From: Hypanus sabinus
Lineage: Eukaryota
DNA: 64,000 bases
NCBI RefSeq assembly: GCF_030144855.1
Contig: NC_082738.1
Span: 8,618,001 to 8,682,000, forward strand
Direction: 5' to 3'
Positions 11,470 through 23,105 of the stretch are shown here, piece after piece. Each line of letters starts with the position of its first letter. The stretch's first letter is position 1. The notes under the pieces are model-generated. The model was not told the DNA's origin. It searched no databases and worked only from the letters and a program-made list of their open reading frames with translations. A program made the translations under genes and the position numbers.

Positions 11470-12859
11470 TGCCAGCTCTGGGATTTCAGTGAGGGAGGGG
11501 GAGGTTAGGATGGAGCCCAGGGGAATAACTTCCATTAATGTTTTGCATCAGCCTAAGTTGGAATGTTCCCATGTTGTGAGTCATTTCCTCTGGCAGAAGC
11601 CCGTGAGCAATGTATGGCTGAAGCTGCCGAGACAGCAAAGTTTTCACTCCAAATGCCTGCAGTTTGCTCTCTTGGTTCATTCTAATTTGCAAAAACTTGA
11701 ATGATAGAGAAGTGGGGGTCCACAGACACGGCTGATAATAACATTTTAATATTGAGTAAAAGAGCGACTGATGTGCTTGTCCTTAAACTAAAATGCTGAG
11801 TTTTCAGTTCCCAACCCAAGAAATTCATAGCAGTTCAATATTCAAGACAAAGGTGTATAGATTTTCAGACATTAAGGCTACCAAGGGTTGTGGGGTTAGT
11901 GTGGGAAATAGGAGCTGTGTTACAGTTCAGTCATAATGTTGTTGAATGAAGGAGCCTGGTTGAATGGTTTGGACTTCTGATATCATTACATTCCTCTGTT
12001 TAATTTCAGAGTGGGCTTAATGATGTGATATTAGTGGGATCTCGTTTCCCACTTTTGATGTGGAGGCATGCAATATTTGCCAAGTTTTCCATCAGTGTCG
12101 AACTCTGTCCCTCTGACCCCAAAACCCCACCAACTCTGCAATCTTCTTTCAGCTGAGGCCACACAGTTTGCAGCAGGAATGACAAGGACTGTGTGTGGAA
12201 ACTGTGGACAGTTAGTCTGACCACCAGTTCATATGAAATTGATGTGATTTGTAATTACAAATGTGATAAGGGGGCATTTTAAACATGATAGACAGTCAAG
12301 TTGGCTTTATGAAAGGAAAACCACATTTGATGAATCTACTGGAGTTTTATTGAGGATATATTTACCTACTGCCTGTTTAGGCACTGCCGCTTAAGGCAGC
12401 AGTGGAGGTTCTCCATCTCTGTCTGTCCATACAGTCGTACACAGATATAGAGTGATTCTTCATTGCTGTTTCTGTAAACACTTAATTTTACTAGTTAAGG
12501 TTGTTAGCCCTGAGCTGAACCCCTGAACCTGGAGGATCAGTGGACCACTCTTAGTCTGACCTCTACACTTTGACCTGTTTGGCATGGCTGACCCTACCAA
12601 GAGCCAAAGTACTCCTCATCCCAGTTCCTTTATTCTGAAGTTGTGCCCTCAGATCCTAGGCTCTTCTACTGTTGGAAGCATTCTCTCCAGATCCACTCTG
12701 TCCAGGCCTTCTCCTCATCTTTCCAAACTCCATCGAGTACAGGCTCAGAAACATCAAAACCTCAAACTGTGCATGATCAGTGTATAATGATGATGAAACA
12801 AATAAAGTGCTGTTAATCTAGGCAATATATTTATGCTGTGATGTTGTTTCCTTTTCTAG

Positions 12860-12973
12860 GCCTGCTGACTGGCTACAGTGCGACTCTTTGGATTGGCCTG
12901 AATGATCTGGACATTAATGGTGGCTGGCAGTGGTCAGATGGGTCCCCACTGAAGTACCTCAACTGGGAGAGAG
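12860..12973 (+). CDS. MRC2: MRC2 exon: CTLD1 middle part
   Basis: ttttctag/gtaatc boundaries. (G)[37 protein letters not shown] with the WIGL motif. Phase 1-1. Confidence 0.97.
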
Positions 12974-14304
12974 GTAATCAATTCTAAATATTTCAGTAAT
13001 TCTTTCCTGTCTAAAACATCTTCTTTTCCCCAACCAACTCACCAGGTTATGGACTAGATTTGTGTGTTGTCTCAGATGCTTTCTGGCATTAAAGTAATCC
13101 AATTTCTTTCTCAAGATTAGATTACCTTAGAGATGGTCTAAGTCTGCCATGCTGTATTGCTTCCAGTTAAGATGGTGCTGGTGAACTTCAGCGGCTTCTG
13201 ACTGGTGACCAGTAAAGCAAGGAAAACAACTAAGTATTTTGTTAACCACACTTTTTCTGGTAAATGATCATCGCAAGCAATAGTTTGTAACTTTCCTTTA
13301 GACTTAAAGGCAATTCAATGTGACAGAACCGAGGTGAGCTAGCAGGCCTGCCGCTGAGAGTGAGGAAGACCCGAGGTACAATTGTTCTAAGGACCATGCC
13401 AAAAAGCCAAATTGAGGTGGTGAGGTCCAGGTAGTTTGACTGAACTTGATGTTTGGACAGAGACTTAAGTGCCTTGCTGAATCAGAAAGATCAGATACAG
13501 GCTGAATTGAGGCGTCGAGGTCCAGGCCCCAGAGCGTTCTGATTCAACTAGACTCAATGTATGGACATTTAGGCACGGGCCAGATTGAAAAGCTCAGGGT
13601 GTTGGGACCCAAGGAAAAGGATGGGCCAGTTCAGATTGGTGCTCCGCGAGGTTTACTCAGCTCTCTGCTGAACTATGGGAATCTCCTGTGGTTCTTTTTC
13701 TCTCTCCACATTGGGTGTTCAACAGTCTTCTTTTATGTATTTGAGTTTTGTGGCTGCCTGTTAGGAGACGAATCTCAAGGTTGTATAACGTATACATACT
13801 TTGATAATAAATGTACCTTGAACTTTGAAATACTCAGCAGGTCAGGTGATAGCTGTGGAGAAAGAAATAAGCACTGCAGATGATCAGCAATTCAATAACT
13901 TTCAATTTTCAGCACCCACATTTCCCCCCCCTTCTGGTTAACTCATTTTCTCTCAATTCCACTTCCTTCAGGCACCTTTGAGGTATTCACTAATTGTCCT
14001 CATCCACTTTCTCTTTTTTCACTCTTTCACAGGCTTTCCTTTCCATTCTTTCTCCCTCTCCCACAATCCCAGTGTTATAAAACTTGTTTTGATTTCTGAC
14101 TCTTCTTAATTCTGATGAAAGGGCATTGAGTCACAACATTAACCCTAGGAAGGTACTGAATATTTTCAGCAAATATTTGATTTCATATTTGCAACATTAG
14201 TGAGGTAAGGGGATTACTCTGTGAGCCAGCGTAGACGCCAATGGACTAAATGGCCTCTTATAATGTCTTAAGGAAATTTCTGGAACGTGGAGACTGCTAT
14301 AAGG

Positions 14305-14640
14305 GTCCGTGTTGCAGTTCATCCCCAGCAGCTGTGTAACAGAGGACTCTCTAATCTATGAACTGTTCCCAGGGACACACACTGAGAAGGTCATTAACTT
14401 GGTGAAGAAGACCGTTTGGTCTGCCTGAATCTTGTTGGTCTCCCAGCACAGGAGAGATGTCTGTGAGGGAATGCTGCAGAGTGGCACGGTCCAGGCTGCT
14501 GAGGGACACACTGAAGCTGAGGCTCTGTGGGGAAGGGCCACGGTCTGGGCTCCTCCCGTTACCTTACATGGAGGGGCAGAGGTGAATGGGGTTCATGTTA
14601 GGGGTCTATGGCATAAACTACTTTAATCATGAATAAAGTG
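14305..14640 (+). mobile_element. L1/Tx1-clade LINE ORF2 C-terminal remnant
   Basis: FIPSSCVTEDSLIYELFPGTHTE ... ALWGRATV pieces, followed by aataaa. Confidence 0.65.
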
Positions 14641-16063
14641 TATCTTTGAACATAAGAGTAACTAAGTGATGAAGGACATGCACTAGTTGTGTTGTATTTC
14701 CTCTATATATTTGTGAACCCTTTTCACTGGAATCGAGAGGCAGCAGCTGTACTGGCTTTGCCTCTGTGCCACTCCTCACCCCAATAAGGACCTGCACAGC
14801 TGCAGCCACACTGTCCGTGCTTTCAGGCACGCCTAGCCTTTGAAATATGTATAAGCAGATCAACTATGAGTTTCATAATGTTTCCAAAGAAATTCTCTGT
14901 CACACTTTCTCACTTTATCTTCTCTCACTTTTTCTTTCTGTCTCTGACTGTCCCTTTATTTATCTAATTTCCTTTTGCCCTTATCTCTCCATTTTCCTTT
15001 CTCTTCATCCCTTTTTCTACCATTCACTTCCACTTGCCTTCCAGCTCTGGTTTTCTCCTTAGTCTGCCTTCCCTAATATCTTTTTGTTGAAGTTGTGAGC
15101 TGAGCCAGTCACAACATCAGTTCAGTCTCACTTTCCAGATGGAACTCATTGGGAAACCACCAAAGGCAGATTTTATTCTTCTCCCCTTGTCAAGTGGTGA
15201 CCTTTTTATTTGATTAACCTTGTGTAGGTGAGTAGTTGAATGTGGGTGGAGTTGATAGGAATGTGAGAAGAATAGGTTTTTGGGAACATTTGAAGGGTAG
15301 GAGGATTGCTCTGTGAGCTGGCATAGACTCTGTGATCTTCCAAAGTCATAAAAGAATGGACGTTCTGGATCAGGGTACATGCATCTACTCTTTCACCTGT
15401 CTGGCATGGGTGATCCTACCAAAAGCCAAAGCACACGGCCCTGACTCCAGTCAGCACAGCTCTCCAGGTCTTTGAGGCACACAAGCGTCTAAACCACAAC
15501 AAAGGTTCAACACTGGGGTTAATGGATTATCCTTAGACAAGGATAAGAAGCACAGCTGTGGTCTTTCTGTTCCAACAACCCAGCTTTGTTCTTGACTTGA
15601 TGTGGTGTCTTATGTGTAGTGTGCACATTCTTCCTGTGCCCACATGGGGTATCTCCAGGTTTCTAGTTTCCTGAAATGTCCCAATGACATACAACTTGGT
15701 ACATTAATTCGCCTCTGTGGAATACTCCTTGAGTGGTAGAATTGATGGCAATGTTGGGAGAATAGGTTACAGGGGGAATTAGTGCAGGAATAGGATTGCC
15801 CTGTGGCTTAGAGGTGACTCAATTTAAAGTAAAGAAGTCCAAAATTGTCACAATTTCAACAGAAACAATCTCCAGCACAATGCCCTTTGGTTAAAATTAA
15901 AATTGGATTATGTGGCACATAAAATTGAGCACTACACTCTCTGGCTGTGAGGTTTGAATCCTCAAATCTGTATATGGTCACAGGGTAAGCTGACCAGAGG
16001 CCTGCTCTTGGCATGAACCAAGTCCAGCAATAATTTAACTTCTTCCCTTTCTCCCTCTGGTAG

Positions 16064-16204
16064 ATCAGCCAGTGAACTCATTAGAGGAAAATTGTGGGGT
16101 TATCCGGACTGAATCTTCAGGAAGGTGGCAAAACAAAGACTGCGGCATCGCTAGGCCATACGTCTGCAAGAAGAAGCCAAAATTCAATGACCGTGTAACA
16201 ATAG
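16064..16204 (+). CDS. MRC2: MRC2 exon: CTLD1 C-terminal part and linker
   Basis: Pyrimidine tract plus tag acceptor, gtaagg donor. (D)QPVNSLEENCGVIRTESSGRWQNKDCGIARPYVCKKKPKFNDRVTI. Phase 1-1. Confidence 0.96.
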
Positions 16205-16366
16205 GTAAGGAATTATCCAGGTGTGCTGGCTCCCTAATTAACACAGAATCCCTGTGCTATGTCAGGGCAGAATAGGCTTAAACTATTGAGTAATGTTTCA
16301 GTAGAACAAACTCTCTCTATCCTATCAGTCACTAGCAGCCTGACACTAATCCACCAATCAAGAACA

Positions 16367-16568
16367 AATCTTTGGTTCCTCTAATGTACCTCCAGCCTTG
16401 ATCACCAGCGGGACTTCTTACCGTAGATTCCACACACAGTTTGGAAGTACAATGTGCTTGCAGTTTTATTCTTCATTGGCACGGTAGTTTCCCAACTGTG
16501 TGTGGAATCTACAGTAAGAAGTCCCACTGGTGATCAAGGCTGGAGGTACATTAGAGGAACCAAAGATT
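16367..16568. repeat. Long inverted repeat with 75-bp arms and a 52-bp spacer
   Basis: 16367-16441 is the reverse complement of 16494-16568 with 2 mismatches. Confidence 0.95.
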
Positions 16569-18000
16569 AGGTGAGAAGATGGAGCTGGGGTTGTAGAATG
16601 GCCATGATTTCAAAAGAAGGCAGGAAATAATGTGGCCCAGAACTGTAGGGGGTGCCAAGTGTCATATAGAAGCGAGAGATGCCAGATCAGGTCAGAAGAG
16701 CAGATCCCCTTTTTGGCTAATAGAGCCATCAAGGAAGCTCCTAATTTTCCAGTGTGTCCCGAACTTAAGCCAGACCTATGGGTTAATTGTGTGGTTGTTT
16801 CTGTCCCTGATATGGCAGGAATTTGCAAATTATGGCTCATTATGATTAAAAGCAGATGATTTTAGTGGATCCCTGAGTAAAAATAGGATGCCCTTGAGTA
16901 ACCCAGCTGGAGGAGTCTCAAGCTGTGTGAGGGCTTGAAGAATCCTCAGTGTATGCCAACTAATGTTAATTATGTTTGCTTCCTCTGTGAGCAACTGCAG
17001 TGCTCCCCGAAACTCTGAGATCATCAAGTTGGGAGACGGTTCCTCTTCTTTAAGGTGTCAGATTATAAAGGGTGTGGAGGTTTGGAAGAAGGAAACAACT
17101 GATTCAAAAACAAGGAAATGAAGGGCTAAAATGAGAGCTGAGTTGTTTAAGAAGGAAATCAAAAAACTTTACACAAAGAGAAATGGAAACTGTCTCTGAA
17201 ATGACCTGAGTTTTGAAGTAACTGTCATTGTCAAGACAGTGATTGATTCATTAATCTGGAAAGGAAAAGAAACTGCTGGAGGAACTCAGTGAATCAGGCG
17301 GGAAAGGGGTAGTCAACGTTTCAGATCGAGACACTTCATTAAGTCTGAGTGTAGAGGAGAGATAGCCAGAATAAAGAGTTAGAGGGAGGGGTGAGCCAGG
17401 GGCTAGCAGAAGCTACATGGTGAGGACGGAGGTAATGGGCAAATGGAGCCAGGTGGGGAAAGGAGAGGAGTAGAGACAGAGGTGTGAAGGTGATTGGCGG
17501 AGACATGAGATGTTGTGGGTGCTGGAATTTGAGAAATAAGGAAGGAGGTAAGTGAAACCAGATAAAGGAAGGATGATAAGCAGGTGGAAACAGGATTGAG
17601 AAAGTATTTGAAAGGTGAAATTTCCATGAGATGTGGAACAAAAGCAAGCAGATAGATGGAGTTCAGATGCAAATTAAATGTAAATCTGACAGGCGGAATG
17701 GGACGAAGGGGTGAATGGCCTCTATATTCTCAGAGTTTGGCTGCAGCCATTGTGAGTGTTGAATTCTGGCAAGATTGTCTTGACTCTGGTTTCCTTTTCT
17801 CTTCATTGCAATAGCATATTTGCTTCTAAAAGAACTTAATTGCTGCAAGGCACTGGCACGTCTGGAGGCAATGGAAGAAGCCATATGCAACATTTTGTTT
17901 ATTTCTCATCACATTCCAAATCCCCTAAATAAGAATAAGAGTCTGAGTTCTACCGACTGCCTCGTCTTGTCAAGGACTTAACCATGTATTTCCCTTCTAG

Positions 18001-18189
18001 ATTCCTGTGCCAATCAGACAACCAAGTGTGAACCCGGCTGGTTGAAATTCCAATGCAATTGTTACCGGCTGAATCGAGAAAACAAGAGCTGGCAGGAATC
18101 CCAGAAGAGCTGCATGCGGTCTGAGGGCAGCCTGGTCAGCATCCACCACCTGGCTGAGCTGGAATTCATCCTCACCCAAGTCAAGCAAG
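18001..18189 (+). CDS. MRC2: MRC2 exon: CTLD2 N-terminal part
   Basis: cccttctag/gtacag boundaries. (D)SCANQTTKCEPGWLKFQCNCYRLNRENKSWQESQKSCMRSEGSLVSIHHLAELEFILTQVKQ. Phase 1-1. Confidence 0.96.
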
Positions 18190-18689
18190 GTACAGCCATG
18201 ATTCTCATGAAAAGCGGGTCCTCCTCTTTGCAGGCAAAAAAAAACCGCACATGCAACCAATGACTTCTGCTTTTCACGGGGTTTTGCTCTGTGCTCAGGA
18301 CAAGTTATTGTTGAAGTTGGTCACACTGTTTGGAGTAATCTGTCTTTGTGTCTGTTGCTGGATTCCTCTGCCATCAAGTCTCTGTTTAATAGTTTATCCA
18401 TACACGAACCTGCACTTAAAGCTCCTGATCAGTGAGCCAGATAACCTGTAAGCCTAACTGGTTTCACCGACATTGAGTACTCCATTTATAAAGCCAGATG
18501 TCCCCAGTATGGGGTAAGTGGTGGAATCTAGTGGGGAGAGTTGATTGGAATGCAGGGAGAATGGAGGAGAGTTAGTGTGGGTGAGTGTTTGATGTCAGGT
18601 GCAGACTGAGTGGGCTTGTAAGGCCCAGTTCTGCACTCTGTTACAGTGAGAGCTCTGCTCTTTAGAAATTGTCACAGAGTTATTTTCTT

Positions 18690-19057
18690 GATCAGGCAAC
18701 CATAGATTGAGACAGGTATAGATAGGGTAAATGCAAGCAGGCTTTTTCCACTGAAGTTGGGTGAGACTAGAACTAGAGGTCATAGGTTAAGGGTGAAAAG
18801 TTTAAGGGGAAAGTGAGGGGAAACTTCTTCAGTCAGAGGATGGTGAGAGTGTGGAATGAGCTGCCAGTGGAAGTGATGGTTGTGGTTTCAATTTCAGCAC
18901 TGAAGAGAAATTTGGATAGGTACATGGATGGGAGGAGTATAGAGGGCTGCAGTCTAGATGCAGGTTCATGGGACTAGGCAGATTAATAGTTTGGCACAGA
19001 CTAGATGGGCCAAATGGCCAGTTTTTGTGCTGTCGTGTTTTATGACTTTATGACTCT
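18690..19057 (+). mobile_element. CR1 3' end fragment
   Basis: LFPLKLGETRTRGHRL ... FFSQRMVRVWNELP and a tatgact tail. Confidence 0.85.
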
Positions 19058-19679
19058 AACCCTACCCCAGATGTTCACCTCACCTGGAAAACAATAGATT
19101 CAACAGTGCATCTCCTCCTTCAGGACTGCATCTGTCAAGTGTACATCATCTGCTTGGTCATGGATGAGGTTTCAGCACAACCTCAGGACCGAGGCTGCTA
19201 CCAGCTGTCAGGCTTACCTCCTGTTTCCTGGTCACAGAGTGGGATATCCTTTCAACAATCTCCAAGAGATGGATTCTGGCAGAGAAGTTCCATGTTTCAG
19301 TGCAGCTGCAGTTTGATGTCTATTACAGCTCAGAATTAAAGCATTTATGTTTCTCCGTGATCTCATTCTTAAATTCACTCCTAATTATTATGACCTACAA
19401 CACTTTAAGATTCCTGAGCTCTTCCAATCCTAGTCTCTAATAAATACCCACTTTTTCTCCAATTGGCAGCCATGGTTTCAGCTTCCTGGGTTATAAGGCA
19501 TCTTGGTTAACTCAGCTGCAGAGGGAGGGAGGAAAAAGGTCAAGGGGGTGATAGTTACAGAAAATGGACCCTTCAGAAGGGTTCTGATGAAGAGACTTCA
19601 ACAGAAGCATTAATATTTTGGTCTCTGCCCAGTTGCTGCCTGACTTGCTGAGTGTTCCTGAACCTCACTGCACCCTTAG

Positions 19680-20275
19680 GACAGTACAGCACTGGAACAG
19701 GCCTCTCAACCCACGATATCTATGCTCCCATGATGCCAATTGAAACCATAGACCTGTCTGCACATGGTCTATTTCTCCCCATTCCCTCCCTAATCATAGG
19801 CCTGTCTAAATGCCTGTTAATCATTTTTTATTGGATCCATTTCCACCACTTCCTCCCGGCAGAGCCTTCCAGACACCCATCACTCTGTGTAAAAAAAATT
19901 ACCTCATAAATCTCCTTTAAACTTCCCCCTCTCACCTTAAACCTATCACTTCTAGTATTTGACATTTCTATCCTGGGACAAAGATTCTGATTAACTACTC
20001 TAAGAATGCCTCTCCTAATGCTTACACACTTCTGTAAAGTCACACCTCAGAAACCAATGCCCCAGAGAAAATAATCCAAATTTATTCAACCTTTCCCTAT
20101 AGCTGATACTCTCTAATCCTGGCGGAGCTCTTCTGCGCTTCTCCAAAACGGCACACAATACGCCAAGTGTGGACCAGCCTAAGTTTTATATGGCTGTGGC
20201 ATGAACTCCTGACTTTTATACTCAATGCCCTAACCGATGAAGGCAAGAATGCTGTACACAGTCTCTACCATATTC
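19680..20275 (-). mobile_element. Decayed CR1 3' portion
   Basis: PRIEMSNTRSDRFKVRGG ... FFTQ on the minus strand. Confidence 0.75.
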
Positions 20276-21150
20276 CTTTAAAAAATTAACACTTTCAACA
20301 AATTTTCAGTCATTTTGTCCTAATGTCTCCTTTATAAATAAGTCATCTTTTGCTTAGTAACTTTAAGTGAAGAACCTGACAGAGTTCTGCGCTTGCTGCA
20401 TGAGGCTAGCTTGCCTTACAGTGCAGGACTACTTACTGTGTTGTTATATGTTGTAACTGTTTTGTACCAAGTACTAACATCTGGTTGGGGCAGGTGTCTA
20501 TCTGCAATCACCCTGAGGAGCAAATACAGTGGTTACATAGGATGGACAAAATCTATAGCCCGAATAAAAAGCAATGTTTCTGATTCTGGACCTTTTGAAA
20601 ACCTCTTCACCCAAGTTTGAACAAACTTTTGAAACTACTTGCCCTGCAGTATCATTTGACAAATGTAATAATTATGACGGCCAGCTGTTGTAAAGTTATA
20701 CGAGTGTAACTACAAATTCTTAAACATCGCTGCCTTTCTAAAGGACGGAATACAGGGAACAACAGGTGGTAGCTTGTCAGTAAGCCTTCTTGAAGCTCTT
20801 CAGCCTCTCAGTCCCACCTTCCTTTCTCACCGTTGTTTTCACCATGGCAGCTGTCACCCTAAACTCTCCTTTCTCAGTTCCTTTGAGCTACTGATGCACT
20901 TAATCTAGAATGAAACTAGAAAGCCACAGATGCTGGAAATGAGAAATACAAACAGAAAATTCTGGATGTACTCAGCAGGTCAGACAGCATCTGTGGAAAG
21001 AGAAAAGGAGTTTCTGCTCCTGGTGAAAGGCCCTTCATCAGAATCCTGTTATGTGTCTGTGCTCTGTGCAGTTTTGACATATCTGTGGGCTTAGGTGAGC
21101 TGGTGTTAACATCTTTCCTCAGCTCCCTAAACCTCTCTTTCTTGCTGCAG

Positions 21151-21305
21151 ATGTTGAGAAGTTGTGGATTGGTCTCAACGACATCAAACACCAGATGAAC
21201 TTCGAATGGTCAGATGGAAGTCCTGTTCAGTTTACCTACTGGCATCCCTTTGAGCCGAACAACACTGCAGACAGCCAAGAGGACTGCGTCATTCTCTGGG
21301 GCTCG
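21151..21305 (+). CDS. MRC2: MRC2 exon: CTLD2 middle part with EPN motif
   Basis: ttgctgcag/gtaagg boundaries. (D)VEKLWIGLNDIKHQMNFEWSDGSPVQFTYWHPFEPNNTADSQEDCVILWGS. Phase 1-0. Confidence 0.97.
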
Positions 21306-22994
21306 GTAAGGGATGGTCACACCATCAGGAGAGCTAAAAGTGCCGGAACAGAACTAAGAATGTTTTTGGAGTTTGTTTCACCTCTGAATAGTTAATGAGC
21401 ATATTTAGAAGCCTTTGCCTCCTCTACTGTGAGTTGGTGTCTGTACAATGCCGTGTAATCCGTTTCAGCAAAGAACAGTGGCCAAGCCAGGCAACTGGGA
21501 TCAATGTCTCCAATCTTAGTAGAAAGTAAAATGATGCTCATCGGTTTTGAAGACGTTGAATAAAGTAGGTGGGCAGAAACTGCTTATTGTAACAGAAGAG
21601 TTGGTAACCTGAGGGCACATATTGAAGATATCAGGAAAATCACTAGGGGGAGAAGCACAGTATAGAGAGCATTTTGTCACTTGGGTAGCTCTGCCTGAGA
21701 GGATGATGAAAGTAAACCCAGTAGCATCTTGAAAATGAAGATTTTTTATCATAATAGGGAATGTGTAGGAAGAGTTAGACTATTTGGACAGCTCTTTCAA
21801 AGTGCTGGTGATTCCTTGGCTTCCTTCTATGATTCTGGTGACTGATGGATCTAAGGAAGCGGATAGCTTGGGAACTAGACCCTAATTTGCAGGAGATGCA
21901 GCAATGGAGAAGGCAAGGCAGAGGGGAAGCAATACTGACAACTGGTGAGTTTATGAAGCAAGCTTCAGTTTATACTCAACACCAGAGCACCACCACCATT
22001 ATTCAGGTTAATCAAGGGGAAACATTCCGTGCACTTCAGCCTCAATGTTTGGTTTCAATACTCTTCTGGGTATAATGCATTAAGAAGGATTTCCTTGCTC
22101 AGGACACACTTTTTGGATAAAATGAAGTGTAGGAGATTCCTTTCCCAAAGATAGTGAATCATAGAGGTTACTCTCTTCAGGCTTAACGAAGCACAGAGTT
22201 TGCCTATCTTGAGCTCCAATTGCAAGCCATTTTAATTCTCACACAAAACTGTCTATCCTCAACTGCCAAAGTGAGGCCAAATACAAACTAGAGAAACAGC
22301 ACCTTATAGTCTACAATCTAGCGATATGAACAATAAATTCTCCAATTTCAGGAAACCTGTACCCCTTCTGACATGACCAGGTGCTCTCAAACCTCACCCC
22401 CAAATCCCACCTATCTCTATCTCCCACTTTCATAGTATGATGCATTATACAGGAAGCTTTTTCTGGATTTATTGCAACATGGGAAATCTCCTTTCTTGGT
22501 AATATGTTATTTAAAGGATTCACTTTCTGGATAATGCAATACATGAAATAGCCTTTCTGGATATAATGCAGGATAGGAAAAGCCCTTAACAGATATGACA
22601 TTGGGCACTGAGACCCCTTCTGGGTTTGGTGTAGAATAAAGTATCCTCTCTGGATATGACAAGAAAATTTTTAAATGATCCCTTGGGATCAAAGAAATCT
22701 TGCTTCTACATCAGATCTGTGAATTCTGAGGTGACTGATTAGGATAGCGTGAATTCTTACTTACTTGTATTTATGGGTTGAGTTGAGATCTTGATCTTCA
22801 AATTTTTTTTTAAATTTCAGACAGCCAAAGGCATTTAATCCTAGTTAATTTATTCACAGATTTTTGTTAATCTGACACTCTATTAAGCGGGCATTTGAGT
22901 TGTGCATCTCTGCGTGACCCCCTGTGCTGTTGCTCCACTACATTGTACATTTACCTTGGTAAACACTGCACCTTCTATCTGTTTTCGGAACCAG

Positions 22995-23105
22995 GAAGGT
23001 TGCTGGAAAGACGGTCCCTGCAACAGCATGTTGCCAGCCATCTGCAAGAAACCTGGCTATTTTTCCACAGAGGAAGAGATGGAGGACAGCCTCGGCTGTT
23101 CAAAG
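22995..23105 (+). CDS. MRC2: MRC2 exon: CTLD2 C-terminal part and acidic linker
   Basis: accag/gtcagt boundaries. EGCWKDGPCNSMLPAICKKPGYFSTEEEMEDSLGCSK, compared with recalled human EGRWNDSPCNQSLPSICKKAG...GCRK. Phase 0-0. Confidence 0.94.
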
